The notes beneath the pieces are model-generated. The model saw only the letters and a list, made by a program, of their open reading frames with translations, did not search any database and had not been told where the DNA came from. Positions 1 to 12,627 of a DNA stretch of 64,000 nucleotides are shown here, one piece after another. The stretch comes from Octopus sinensis (taxonomy: Eukaryota): assembly GCF_006345805.1 (NCBI RefSeq), contig NC_043008.1, positions 65,162,001-65,226,000 of the forward strand, given 5' to 3'. Both the position numbers and the translations under genes were made by a program. Position 1 is the stretch's first letter, and the number at the start of each line of letters is the position of its first letter.

Positions 1-207
1 CGAGTATAATTGCATTTTCGCTATTGGTAGAATATTTCTCGTTGATGCAGTTTAGTTAGCACACGATGAAATACAAAATTTGAATTGATTAAAGGTACTC
101 TGAGTGTTATCGATTAAATATCGCTGAGATGCATTGATATTAATTTCAAATTCAGGCACAAGGCCAGCAGTTTCAGGAGCTGCGATGAGTCGATTATTGA
201 CCCCGAA

Positions 208-612
208 GGCGGCGAGATGGCAGAAACGTTAGCACGCCGGGCGAAATGCGTAGCCGTATTTCGTCTGCGGTTACGTTCTGAGTTCAAATTCCGTTGAGGT
301 CGACTCTGCCTTTCATCCTTTCGCGTTCGATTCAATAACTACCAGTTACGCAGTGGGGTCGATGTAATCGACTTAATTCGTTCGTCTGTCCTTGTTTGTC
401 CTCTCTGTGTTTAGCCCCTTGTGGGTAGTAAAGAAATAGGTATTTCGTCTGTCTTTACGTTGTGAGTTCAAATTCCACCGAGGTCGAATGTGCCTTTCAT
501 CCTGTCGGAGTCGAAAAATTAAGTGCTAGAATGCACCCTGAGGTCGATCTAATCGACTTCCCCTCTCCCCCAAAATTGCAGGCCTTTTGTCTAGAGTAGA
601 AAAGAATATTAT
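208..612 (+). mobile_element. tRNA-derived SINE family B, head plus two tandem ~183-bp body units
   Basis: Head GGCGGCGAGATGGCAGAAACGTTAGCACGCCGGGCGAAATGC, B-box-like GAGTTCAAATTCC. Body GTATTTCGTCTG... starts at 256 and again at 440. The same family recurs more than 10 times in the window. Confidence 0.85.
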
Positions 613-912
613 TGACACCGAAACGATGAAATGTAAAGTCGACCTCGGCGGAATTTGAACTCAGAACGTAAAGACGGACGAAATGCCACCGTGTGCATCG
701 ATATTCTTCTCTACTCTTGGCGCAAGGCCCGAAATTTTTGGAAAGGAGACAAGTCGATTAGATCAGCTCCAATATGCAACTGGTAGTTAATTTATCGATC
801 GCGAAAGGCATAGTCGAGCTCGGCAGAATTTGTACTCAGAACATAACGAAAGACGAAATACCGCTAACGCTTTTTCCACTAGTGTGCTAACGTTTCTGCC
901 AGCTCGCCACCT
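613..912 (-). mobile_element. SINE family B, two adjacent minus-strand copies (613-690 partial, ~700-912 near full)
   Basis: Reverse complement matches the family B head and body (GGAATTTGAACTCAGAACGTAAAGACGGACGAAAT; GTGCTAACGTTTCTGCCAGCTCGCCACC). Confidence 0.8.
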
Positions 913-1829
913 TGCTGTTTGTATTAATATTAATATTTTTACGTACACTCAAATGTGGAAAGATATCTGCTGTAGTATCTTACTCGGAAGAGAAATTATT
1001 ATGATAGGCAATGTTTGTGCAAAGACACCGAGTTGCTGTATTGCAGCTGGTGTACAGTCTGTAGGTCACATCTGCCGTCGTTGTAACGCTTTATCAGCTA
1101 CAGCTAACAAACCTATCGTTCACAGTCGGCTAACAGACTTTCTCTCACATGCAAACCGTAAATATCAACGTTGCTGCGTCTATAATGTTTTGCCGAGCAG
1201 AGATTAGCTAAAAACACACAAACCAGAGTGTAGGGAGTAAACATTTAATAGACCGGAAGAATGTAACAGAAAAACAATGATGTGTTTTCGTAAAAATAAT
1301 CATGAATCTTAAAACTGTGACACAAATTTCCACAACCATTCCTATATGCAATACAGGGATGACACACATGAAGAGAGAAAGGAGAGAGAGAGAGAAAGAC
1401 ACACAGACAGAGAAAGATAAGGAGAAAGACAGAGGGGAAGAAGAGGGGGAAAGGGAACTCTATAAATACGCCACCGGGTGCTTCATAAAAGAGACAAGAC
1501 CCTCAAAACTGGAATGTCTTTTATCATAGATCTTGTACAGGTCTTCGTTCACGCTAACGAATAATTTTTTTTTCTGAGAGAGTTATAGTAAAAAAAACGA
1601 AAAAAAAAAAACAGTCAGCTACGGCAAGTGAAAGAGATTTCAAACGAAAACATCGGAAGATATAGTAATAGAAACAAGTTATAAGATTAAATTAAGTCAT
1701 TTTAATGTTTCTGAAGCATCTAACTACATCAACAGATATATTTAATTTCAAAGAAACAATTACTGAATAGGAGTTCAAAAAGATAATATATTAAATATAG
1801 AGGTATGCATCGCCGTGTGGTTAACAGTA

Positions 1830-2209
1830 TTTATGCATGTATGTATTTACGTATGTGTGTATGTATGCATGTATGTATGTATGTATATATGTATATATGT
1901 ATGTACGTATGTATATATGTATATATGTATGTATGTATGTGTGTATGTATGTGGGTATGTATGTGTATACGTATGTGTGTATGTATGTGTGTATGTATGT
2001 ATGTATGTATGTATGTGTATGTATATATGTATATATGTATGCATGTATGTATATATGTGAGTATGTATGTATGTATGAAGGAACATATGTAGGTAAATAG
2101 TATGAATCGATATGTATAAATGTTTGCGTCTGTGCATGCATGTGCTCGTATTTTTGTTTTTTGTTTTTGTTTGCATTTATGTGTGTATATATGTGTATGT
2201 ATGTATATG

Positions 2210-2241
<32 letters not shown>

Positions 2242-2318
2242 GTATATATATATAAATACACAAAAAAATCTTATATATACTGGTGACCCATACATACGTA
2301 CATGTTAATATTTATATA

Positions 2319-2381
<63 letters not shown>

Positions 2382-2805
2382 ATATGTATATAAATATATG
2401 TGTGTGTGTATATATATGTATATATATATATGCGCATATATGCATGTATGTGTGACTGTAGGACTGATATTGTTTGTATGTTGTTTTTTTTGTATAGCGG
2501 TATATATGTTTATCTAAATACGTGTGGTTTGTTTCTATATTTAAATATTTTGTTAATCTGTCCTGCTGATCAAAGACAGTTTTTAATATGAAGTTAAGAA
2601 TATTTTAAAAATACTAATATCAATATATTGATGATTGACTTCACTAAATCAATGCTAATAAATACCCTTTCATCTTTTATTAGACTAAACATATCAAATA
2701 GAAATAGGATTCCGAAACATATACATTGGGGGGTCACACATAAAATAAATACACAAACAGGCAAATACCAGCATACAGCCCCGCACAAGTATACATACAT
2801 ATACA

Positions 2806-2893
<88 letters not shown>

Positions 2894-3200
2894 TATATAT
2901 GTATGTATGTATATGTATATATGTATGCATGTATTATGTATATATACACATATAAGTCTATATATATATATATTATGTAAATATATATATATACACATAT
3001 ATATATGCATAAACATACGTATATACATACACATGTAAATACATATACATACATATATATCTATATATGCATATATGCAAAAACATATGTATGTACACAC
3101 CTTATATAACACTACGTTTATATATGTATATATATATATATACTTATTTATATATAAATGTATATATACAGATATGCCTATAAGTATATTTATTTATACA
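1830..3200. repeat. Compound microsatellite fields (GTAT)n/(TA)n/(CA)n at ~1830-2430 and ~2800-3200
   Basis: Directly visible. These produce the MYVC/IYIY pseudo-ORFs in the track. Confidence 0.9.
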
Positions 3201-3371
3201 TATGTATTTGTACCGAGCGAGAGAGAGAGTGAGAGAAATACATATGTTGATTTCACTGATACATCATGTTCAGAAAATTTATATTTATATGGTTTATGAG
3301 GGCTGTTCCAAAGCTAGTGCTATAATTGGGATCGATTTGGTTGTCTTCTACACTATACTCTATTAACGATT

Positions 3372-3568
3372 TCAAAATTTGGCTGTCGGGCAGCAATTCC
3401 AGGGAAGGTGTAAGTCGATTACATCGACTCCATTATTCAACTGGTATTTATTTTATCGACCGCAAATGTATGAACAGCTAGGTCGATCTCGGTGGAATTT
3501 GAATTGAAAGCTTAAAGACACTGATTATTTTTCCGAACGCGTTAGCGATTCTGCCAACTCACCATCTT
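3372..3568 (-). mobile_element. SINE family B, diverged copy
   Basis: GTCGATTACATCGACTCC...GGTCGATCTCGGTGGAATTTGAA...GATTCTGCCAACTCACCATC matches the family B reverse complement. Confidence 0.7.
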
Positions 3569-4479
3569 GTCCTACCTTAATACTAAAATATAATCCGCCA
3601 ACATTGGGCTATAGAGAAAAGTCGGTCTATGAGAAGTACATAATAAGAATTAATAGATATGAATAAGTTGAGAAATATTATAAAATTATTTTGTCAACTC
3701 AAAATCTTGAAGGAATTAATTCCTTCGATAGGAATATGAATCTTAGCACAGGCAAATGTAAATATTTCTATTAAACAAATGATGAAGTCTACATCGAATG
3801 TGGCTCTAGCCATCCACCCTCAATAATTAAACAATTAGTTAACTTTATTATAGGCGTGTTTCCGACCTGTCCTCTGGTGAAACAACTTTCAAAAAGGCTA
3901 CCCATACCAGTTCACGGTATAAGAAAGATCCAATTTTAAGAACAATATAACTTATATCAAATCAAATTTAGAACGCTGGAGTAGAAATATATTGTGGTAT
4001 AATCATTCTTATAACATGAACATTGCTACAAATATATCTGGTTGATTTCTAAAGCTTATAAATCTCCACTTCCCAAACACAAATTATAGGATGGATGATA
4101 TTCAATAATACCATTAGTAGCATTATTAGATCCCTTCATAAATCACCTAAGTGTAGATACCGCGATAACTGTTCTCGAAACACAGTATGCCTTGCAGACA
4201 TATGTGGTTTACAAAGCAAACATCAATAACATGTATGATGGAACCATAAGAACTTACACTACAATAGCTGGAAATTTCTTTATAGGACGTTACACACCAT
4301 ACTTCACTTCGTTTATAGATAAGAACAAAATACACACCACATCATTATATTATTTGTTATGGAACTTTATAGACAGAATCATGGACAAACCCCATTTGTT
4401 CTGGAGTATCATAATTTACGCTAGCAAATACAACCTCTCTAGTAGAAAGAAATTGATATCGTAACGTTAGGGAAGAAAA

Positions 4480-4796
4480 TTTAGCGAATGGTCTGTCTAT
4501 TTCTTATAGTAAGATTTAGAATGACCATTCACCGGCAACACATTCGAGACCCCAGTACTAGACATATCCCACTGAGTAGATACTTATACATCTATGCAAA
4601 AAATAAATCCCCTAAATACCATGTCTTTCCACGCTACCTTTGTTCAGTAACTAACAACGACGAAGCACGGAGAAACAGAGAAAACACTTTCATACAAACG
4701 TACAAACCAAGACTTAACAAAGTAGATACACAAATAACTATCCAAACACAAAACTCATTCTATCACTTAACATGAGGAGCCTCCGCGGCTAAGAAC
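4480..4796 (+). pseudogene. Degenerate Penelope-like element GIY-YIG endonuclease C-terminus
   Basis: ORF 4488-4775 reads RMTIHRQHIRDPSTRHIPLSRYL...RENTFIQTYKPRLN. This resembles the 'R..EH.......P.S.H' and 'RE..FI....P.LN' end of PLE GIY-YIG domains. The GIY-YIG motif itself is eroded. Confidence 0.55.
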
Positions 4797-4804
4797 AACA
4801 ACAA

Positions 4805-4847
<43 letters not shown>

Positions 4848-5027
4848 GTTGTTGTTGTTGTTGTTGTTGTTATTATTATTATTATTCGGGTCACTGCTTG
4901 GAATCGAAGTTGGAATCATGGGATTAGTAGCCCGCGCTCTTAACCACTACGACATATGCCAACCAGTGCGAGCTACTAACCTCAAGATTCCGAGTTCGAT
5001 TCCAAGCAGTGACCTGAATAACAATAG

Positions 5028-5080
<53 letters not shown>

Positions 5081-5101
5081 TAATAATAATAATAATAATA
5101 A

Positions 5102-5132
<31 letters not shown>

Positions 5133-5153
5133 TTAATAATAATAATAATAATG

Positions 5154-5196
<43 letters not shown>

Positions 5197-5238
5197 TAAT
5201 AATAATAACAATAATAATAATAATAATAATAATAATAA
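4797..5238. repeat. (AAC/ATT/GTT)n and (ACT/AAT)n trinucleotide tracts flanking the SINE pair
   Basis: Directly visible. Confidence 0.9.
4884..5019. mobile_element. Head-to-head pair of ~75-nt tRNA-like short SINEs with trinucleotide tails
   Basis: Minus copy 4884-4960 has A-box-like TAGTGGTTAAG and B-box-like TTCGATTCC. Plus copy 4965-5019 has GAGTTCGATTCC. The arms are reverse complementary. Confidence 0.7.
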
Positions 5239-5390
5239 CCGAAAAATACTTTAGGAATGAGAAGTGAGGTTCGAAATTTCCTCAAGACACCTGATGAAGG
5301 CTGGAGGGTATAACAGCTGAAACGTTGTGGTAGCAACAAACAAGATGAGGGCAAATATCCGTGAAATGTAAATAACGTAAATAAATTCTA
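5239..5390 (+). ncRNA. PLE terminal-repeat-like segment with minimal type I hammerhead ribozyme (core 5288-5329)
   Basis: CAC-CTGATGA(5291-5297)-A-GGCTG-loop-CAGCT-GAAAC-GTT-GTG. Palindromic AACGTT forms stem III. Confidence 0.7.
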
Positions 5391-5620
5391 TAGTTATTAT
5401 CTTTAAACTTTGACACCTAAATACAACTCACTGCCACTCAAATACTTTCTATTCTACCCCTACTTTTCATCTCCCAAATCTCCACTTCTACAGCCATCAC
5501 CCTTAATACTCTCACGCTTCCTGAACTATCTTTTCTCCTCTCAGCATTCCCCGCCTCAATACACCCCTAATAACACCACCAGCCTTCATATTACTCCTTC
5601 TTATTGAATTGTAAGATCTT

Positions 5621-5800
5621 GTCGACCCTGATGACGGAGGCTCCTTTTATTCAATGTTGAGTGTATCCATTACGGCAACACATTGTGATGAACCACACCT
5701 ACCAGCTCCCAGAAACAGCTGTTAGACATATAACATCTTTCCTCTACCCATTAATTTTCTCTGTCATTTGAATTCTATGTAAAGTTGGACCTATTAATAT
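5621..5800 (+). ncRNA. Degenerate hammerhead-like motif in a PLE-like terminal repeat
   Basis: CTGATGA at 5628-5634, GGAG...CTCC stem II with a long insert, GAAAC-AGCT-GTT at 5712-5723 (palindrome AACAGCTGTT). Stem I pairing is poor. The segment ends at (TA)n. Confidence 0.4.
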
Positions 5801-6192
5801 AAATATATATATATATATATATATATCGTATTTATTCTTAAAAATTCATCATCAAAAAGTCTACAACTTTTATCTTCTCTCGTTTTGCGTGTATACATAT
5901 ATACATATTTTGTATTTCATACCCAAACTATCGTTTAATATCTAAAATATTTGATATGTTCAATGTATGTAATTTGTTTACCTGCATAATTTCTTATGTA
6001 TATATATATATTTAATTTTATTTATTTAATTTATATTAAAATTTTATGTATTGATTAAGACTTTCCTTGTTTGGTTTTAAAATAGTGGTTTTGTCTCGAA
6101 TTATATTATATAATATTTTACTATAAAATTTGATTTAACCCTAAATCTGATTTTTCCCTGTAATTTTGGATTCATTCCCTGATATTTATTAT

Positions 6193-6325
<133 letters not shown>

Positions 6326-6334
6326 TATACATAA

Positions 6335-6739
6335 GGCGCAGGAGTGGCTGTGTGGTAAGTAGCTTGCTAACCAGCCACATGGTTCCGGGTTCAGTCCCAC
6401 TGCGTGGCACCTTGGGCAAGTGTCTTCTGCTATAGCCTCGGGCCGACCGAAGCCTTGTGAGTGGATTTGGTAGACGGAAACTGAAAGAAGCCTGTCGTAT
6501 ATATGTATATATATATGTATGTGAGTGTGTTTGTGTGTCTGTGTTTGTCCCCCTAGCATTGCTTGACAACCGATGCTGGTGTGTTTATGTCCTCGTTACT
6601 TAGATGTTTGGCAAAAGAGACCGATAGAATAAGTACTGGGCTTACAAAAGAATAAGTCCCGGGGTCGAGTTGCTCGATTAAAGGCGGTGCTCCAGCATGG
6701 CTGCAGTCAAATGACTGAAACAAGTAAAAGAGTAAAAGA

Positions 6740-6740
<1 letters not shown>
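6335..6740 (+). mobile_element. tRNA-derived SINE family A (CORE-like central part), full length
   Basis: Head GGCGCAGGAGTGGCTGTGTGGTAAG...GGTTCAGTCCC, central GCACCTTGGGCAAGTGTCTT resembling the CORE GACCTTGGGCAAGTCACTT, tail GGTGCTCCAGCATGGCTGCAGTCAAATGACTGAAAC. At least 7 related copies in the window. Confidence 0.85.
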
Positions 6741-6802
<62 letters not shown>

Positions 6803-6806
<4 letters not shown>

Positions 6807-6924
6807 CAAAAAAGCAACAAAAATGGATTAGTTGTTCAGTACAATTGTTTCATACGAAGAACAGCTTTATTAAAACTGCAAATATTGCAGCAAATACAAG
6901 TGTCCCGTATTCATCAGCCAAAAC
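6803..6924 (-). ncRNA. Type I hammerhead ribozyme (core 6834-6924) at the end of a repeat abutting (TA)n
   Basis: Minus strand: GTTTTGG-CTGATGA-ATACG...CGTAT-GAAAC-AATT-GTA-CTGAAC. Stem III palindrome ACAATTGT at 6841-6848. Confidence 0.75.
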
Positions 6925-7125
6925 ACATATGAGTTTTCCAAACATCTTAGGGGGTGAGGCTACACTCATGAAGTATCGAAGAGAGTTCTATGAAAAGCAA
7001 AGTTAGATTATAATCACCCCACATTATTTTATGGTTATACCATATAGATTTCTGGTACATCTAAGTTAAGTACCGCATTCATGTGAATTCATTGGAACTC
7101 ACTTGAATCTTAATTGTTTTTACTG

Positions 7126-7172
<47 letters not shown>

Positions 7173-7249
7173 TATATGCATACATATATACACATCTATA
7201 TATATTCCTATGCATGTACATATGTATACACACACGCAACTATATATAA

Positions 7250-7560
7250 AAGAGATGCCGACAAATGGTAGCACGCACCTTTGAAACCATTGAAAATTTG
7301 GCTTCGAGTTTTTTGATCAACCTGTAGATAGTTCAGATCTCGCACCTTCCGAGTGTCACCAATTCAGACAGCTCACACTTCCGCTATAAGGATGTCGATT
7401 TCCTACGGACCAAGAAGCGGCGGAAGCGATGCAAAAATAGATACGCAGCCAGCCGAAACTCTTCTTTCCGCTTGAAATAAGCTTGTGGCCAGCTTGACGA
7501 AGTGTACCAAAAATGATATAACTGTTTAGCCAATGCGTTTCTGTTAATAAATAACGAAAC
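7250..7560 (+). pseudogene. Mariner transposase 3' fragment (decayed)
   Basis: Translates to ..SSDLAPSECHQFR (a YSPDLAPSDYHLF homolog) then GCRFPTDQEAAEAMQK*IRSQPK.., the typical mariner C-terminus. Confidence 0.7.
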
Positions 7561-7946
7561 AAGGGCACGTATAATTTTTAACTTGCTATAGTATGTTGGT
7601 TCACAGAATCTATTTGCTTTGAAAGTATATATGTTTATATAGTGGATTCTCATCAGTTACTAATCTGCAACAGACAAACACACATACACTCACTCACATA
7701 TACATACATACATACATACATACATACATACATACATACATACACACACACACATATATATACATGTACACGTGTATATATATGTGTGTGTATATGCATA
7801 TATATAGATATGTACATATGAGTGTATATATCTATCAATATATATCTATATCCATACATCAATATATATGTGTGTGTGTGTGTGTGTATTCATAGAAATA
7901 TACGTGTATGTTTGAGTGTGTATATTATATGTATGTTGTATTAGTG

Positions 7947-8004
<58 letters not shown>

Positions 8005-8009
8005 TATGC

Positions 8010-8058
<49 letters not shown>

Positions 8059-8398
8059 TATATATACATATATATATATGTATATATATATACTTATACA
8101 TATGTATTGTTTACCGTTAAGGTAGGATGAACAAAAAAGCGTACACCACGTTTTGAAAGATAAATATCATTTAATGTATACTGTATAAAGTTAACATAAT
8201 AGTTTCTTGCCATTGAGACACGTAGTTAGGCAGATTTTTATAACTTGACAAGGGTACATTACAAACATTTGCCGGAGCTCGTACATCAATAACAGGAAAA
8301 TATTTCAATATTTGTAGCCCTAATTTTCATACACTGCATTAAATGATATACATGCATTTGTGTGTGTTTGCGTATGTTTGTCGTGTGCGCGTACGTTG

Positions 8399-8432
<34 letters not shown>

Positions 8433-8559
8433 TATGTCTGTGTGTGTGTGTCTGTATGGGTGTGTCTTTTTCCGGTATATTACTTTCAAATATTGGAACT
8501 AGGCCAGTAATTTTGGTGAGTTGGACATACTGAGTCCTATGCTCAACTAGTGTATATTT

Positions 8560-8685
8560 AATTGACCACGAAAGGGTGAAAGGCAAAATCAGTCTCGGTA
8601 AAATTTGAACTCATAACGTAAAGAAGGATGACATGCCGCCAAGCTTTTTCCCGGCATGCCAACGCATTTGCCAACTCGCCACCTT
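8560..8685 (-). mobile_element. SINE family B, 5' part, diverged
   Basis: GAAAGGGTGAAAGGCAAAATCAGTCTCGG...AATTTGAACTCATAACGT...GCCAACTCGCCACC. Confidence 0.7.
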
Positions 8686-11430
8686 CCTGTATATTAAAAT
8701 GTTTAACTGTGCGCGTATTTTACTTAGGTCTTTCTCTCTCTCTCTCTCCCTCTCTCTCTCTCTTTCCCTATACACCTCTCCCTTTCCCTGTACACCTCTC
8801 CCTTTTTATCTCTCTCTTTCTCGCTCTAACTCTCTCCCTCTCTCTCACTGTTTCCTCTCATCATACCGACCACGTTCGTGATATTTATTTTCAAATATCA
8901 GAGTTTAATATATATGCATGTATCTCATTAATTAATTAAATCAATTAAATATTTAACCGCTTGCCTTTGAAGTAGGCATTTTATAATATTAATATATTCC
9001 CATTTATCACTGTGATATATTGTAAGCATATTACATATATTTTCTATATATCATCATCATATTTTAATTTCATTTATTACTGAATTTAATTTTTTTTACA
9101 ATAAGCTTGTGAGTGATCGCCTTTAATCAGGAACAACACAATCATCTTGCTACAAATGCGGTACCGCACAGACAATTGTTGAACTTACGTAAGACTATTA
9201 TTCATGTAATGATTGTCTGTACAGTTATCTCATTGATGTGAGAGTTGAGTTCCACAAATTAACAAACTGCACTCAATATCTTCAAGCTAACTTTACTCAA
9301 TTTTCACCTAGTTATTACTGCTACAACGTTCAGTATTCACGCACTTTTAAACTAAATATATACTTTGCATCCAGGGTTATCCAGTTTCCTCGCTTCTGGT
9401 TCCTTGTGTTTTTGTCATTTTCACCAACCACGTAACATCCAAAAGCTTCAGTGATTATGAACCTATCCTTCCACCTTCCTCATACAACTATTTTAGAAAG
9501 TGCTCTTCGCTAGCCAACTAACAAGACCATTGTATGCTTTCTCTTATATTCTCAGACTTCTTTCTTTCATTTTGTCATATATCAGTGTTCAAGGTTTTGC
9601 CTACTCATATAATACCTAGAGATCTTAGCCTTTTATATTGTTTAGAACCAGTCTACTTGTAACCCAGCCACTGTAAACATAGCTACTCCATAACGGACTC
9701 AATATGTATTTTTCCTACCTATCGCTTTGTCAGTAAATATCGAAATGAAAATATCAGCTGCATAGAAGCAGCTATTTTGTAGTGCCGAGATTGTCAGGAC
9801 TATAGCTGTTCTTTCGCAAAAAATGGAAAATGACATGGGTCAATATAGATTTCGAAATAGCTACAACTTCGCAACTCAATAGCGGAGCAAAATACAGTGT
9901 ATAGGTTCCATGAGATGGATAATACATTGATAAAACAATAATATAAATATGTTTGCGTCAGGTGTAACGGAGCTCATATTGTGTCTAATTTTCAGGTTTA
10001 CGTGTTCATAGAATTGGAAATCTTTGAAGAAGCTACATAAGCTCAGAAAAGACACCCGAACATTTGTCCAAGTTTTGTAGCGTATTAGCGAACTATTATT
10101 TCTCACTATTTCAGATAAAGTTCATGTTCAGAAGTATCATGGTACCATATACAGTACATGAGAAATACACTAATACGGTTCACATTTAAACTTCTTAAAT
10201 GAGCAAGAAGTGTAGTCAAATATTAGGATATCTTTGTAGCAATATTGTAAATCTCATTTCCTTAAGTCATTGAAGAATACAGTATAATGCGATTTAAATT
10301 TCATTTGGATGCTATTCTAGTAGTTGGAAAGATGTGAGATGTCTATGTAGAGGCTGTATCATTAGCTTGTTAATGATTTAGAAAGATTAAAACACATCAT
10401 TAACGTAGATATACATGTCTATATCAGAATTTGTAGCTTCTCCGCTGTAAGTTTATCAGATAACAACCTTGCTTTCGTTGAGTGTGAAACAATTTGCCAC
10501 AAACATAGTGAAACTTATCAAGGATCTCAGCAACTCCGGCTTTGTGCATTCTTCTAAAATGTATGTTCAAAATGGTAGTATATAAGCAAGCCTTAAGACA
10601 TAAGAGAACAACATGCTCCAATGTCGCTGTCAGAGCTATACGCATTTATATATACACTATTGTTCACATGGTATATGATATTTCATGGGTTACAAGGTTC
10701 GATTTTGAAAGTGTTATGCGACAACAGATAATGAAAACGGAATTCTTTCTTGATCCTCTAACTTGGAGGAACTTCAGTTATTACTTAGCGTGTACTTTAC
10801 TAATTAGTATAGGAAAGAAATATCATAGGTTTTATATCAATCAATGAATAAATTATGATTTCTAATGGTGCAATGAAAGATGCGATCGATAGTTGTCGCT
10901 GAATCATAAACCAATTTCATCAGAGATATTTTAATAAGAATAGAAAAAACGCTTGGCAGGATGTGCCTTTCATAATTTGTACAAAATACAGCGTCGTTGA
11001 ATGACAGAAATTTGTTAATCCGCGCACAGCCGGCCTAAAATTTTCACCCTGTAAATGTGGACGAAACGCTGCGATGTTCTTTAGTTGTCTATATTTCAAT
11101 TAAGACCAAGCGATGGAAGTAGGAACACTTGACATGCAGCTGTCAAAATAAATCATAACGTTGAAGGGGTTATCACGCCAATTACAATATTTCGTTGGAC
11201 TAAATTGCTGTGAAAGCTACTTATTACAATGTGTCGAACTGCTGCCTATCAAATAAAACTGTATTAAACAGGGCTGGATTTATTTTCGTGCGGAAATTTA
11301 TCTATAAACTGATGAAAGTGTAGGTATGTATGTATGCATATAGGTATGAAATCTCATGTATGTGCGTGTAGGTATATTCACGTACGAATACACGTCTCAT
11401 CAAATGCATGGATATCCATATATTTATCTA

Positions 11431-11489
<59 letters not shown>

Positions 11490-11492
11490 TTA

Positions 11493-11545
<53 letters not shown>

Positions 11546-11552
<7 letters not shown>

Positions 11553-11800
11553 TGTATGTATGCATCCCTGTATATGCGTACGTATGCGTGCGCATATAAT
11601 TTATAGAAATATATTAATACATATGAGTGTATATATATATGTATATACATATATACATATATATGTATATACATATATATGTATATACATATATGTATAT
11701 ACATATATATGTATATACATATATGTATATACATATATATGTATATACATATATGTATATACATATATATGTATATACATTATATGTATATACATATATA

Positions 11801-11844
<44 letters not shown>

Positions 11845-12130
11845 TGTATGTATGCATCCCTGTATATGCGTACGTATGCGTGCGCATATAATTTATAGAA
11901 ATATATTAATACATATGAGTGTATATATATATGTATATACATATATACATATATATGTATATACATATATATGTATATACATATATGTATATACATATAT
12001 ATGTATATACATATATGTATATACATATATATGTATATACATATATGTATATACATATATATGTATATACATTATATGTATATACATATATATGCATATA
12101 TATATATATTATATATATATATATATATAT
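11546..12130. repeat. Tandem duplication of a ~292-bp compound microsatellite unit
   Basis: The unique anchor CATGTATGTATGCATCCCTGTATATGCGTACGTATGCGTGCGCATATAATTTATAGAAATATATTAATAC occurs at ~11551 and ~11843, each followed by the same GTATATACATATAT array. Confidence 0.85.
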
Positions 12131-12627
12131 AATATATATTCATAAATGCATATAGATAGATAAATAGATAGACTGATAGATAGATAGGTAAATAGATGGC
12201 TAGCTTGATAGATAGATTGATTGATTGATAGATAGATAGATACATACATATATACATACACACAATCATACATATATATGTAAACACACATACGCACATA
12301 CATATATGCACACACACACACACACTTAAATACATAAATACACATAGATATAGATATATATATACATACAGAGTGAGAGAGACATTAGTTAATTTTCATT
12401 TATAGTTTTTAGATTTATCAGTATATATGTATTTGTGTATGTATGTATGTAGATATGAATGTACATATACGTGAGAGTGTGTATACATACATGTATGTAT
12501 GGGTAGCACTATGGAAATAAATTTCATTTCACAGTATCCTGGTGTTTTATGTTCTACTCCACTATTTCGCACATTGTGCTAGTAATTTCACACTTCTTCG
12601 GAATGGGTAATCCTTTGCGATTGAATT

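Noticed and set aside
830-1207. 125-aa Cys-containing ORF
   Set aside because: It starts inside a SINE copy, shows no recognisable domain, and has no convincing splice context.
10860-10923. CTGATGA...GAAA on the minus strand
   Set aside because: The closing pair of stem II mismatches, and there are no stems I or III.
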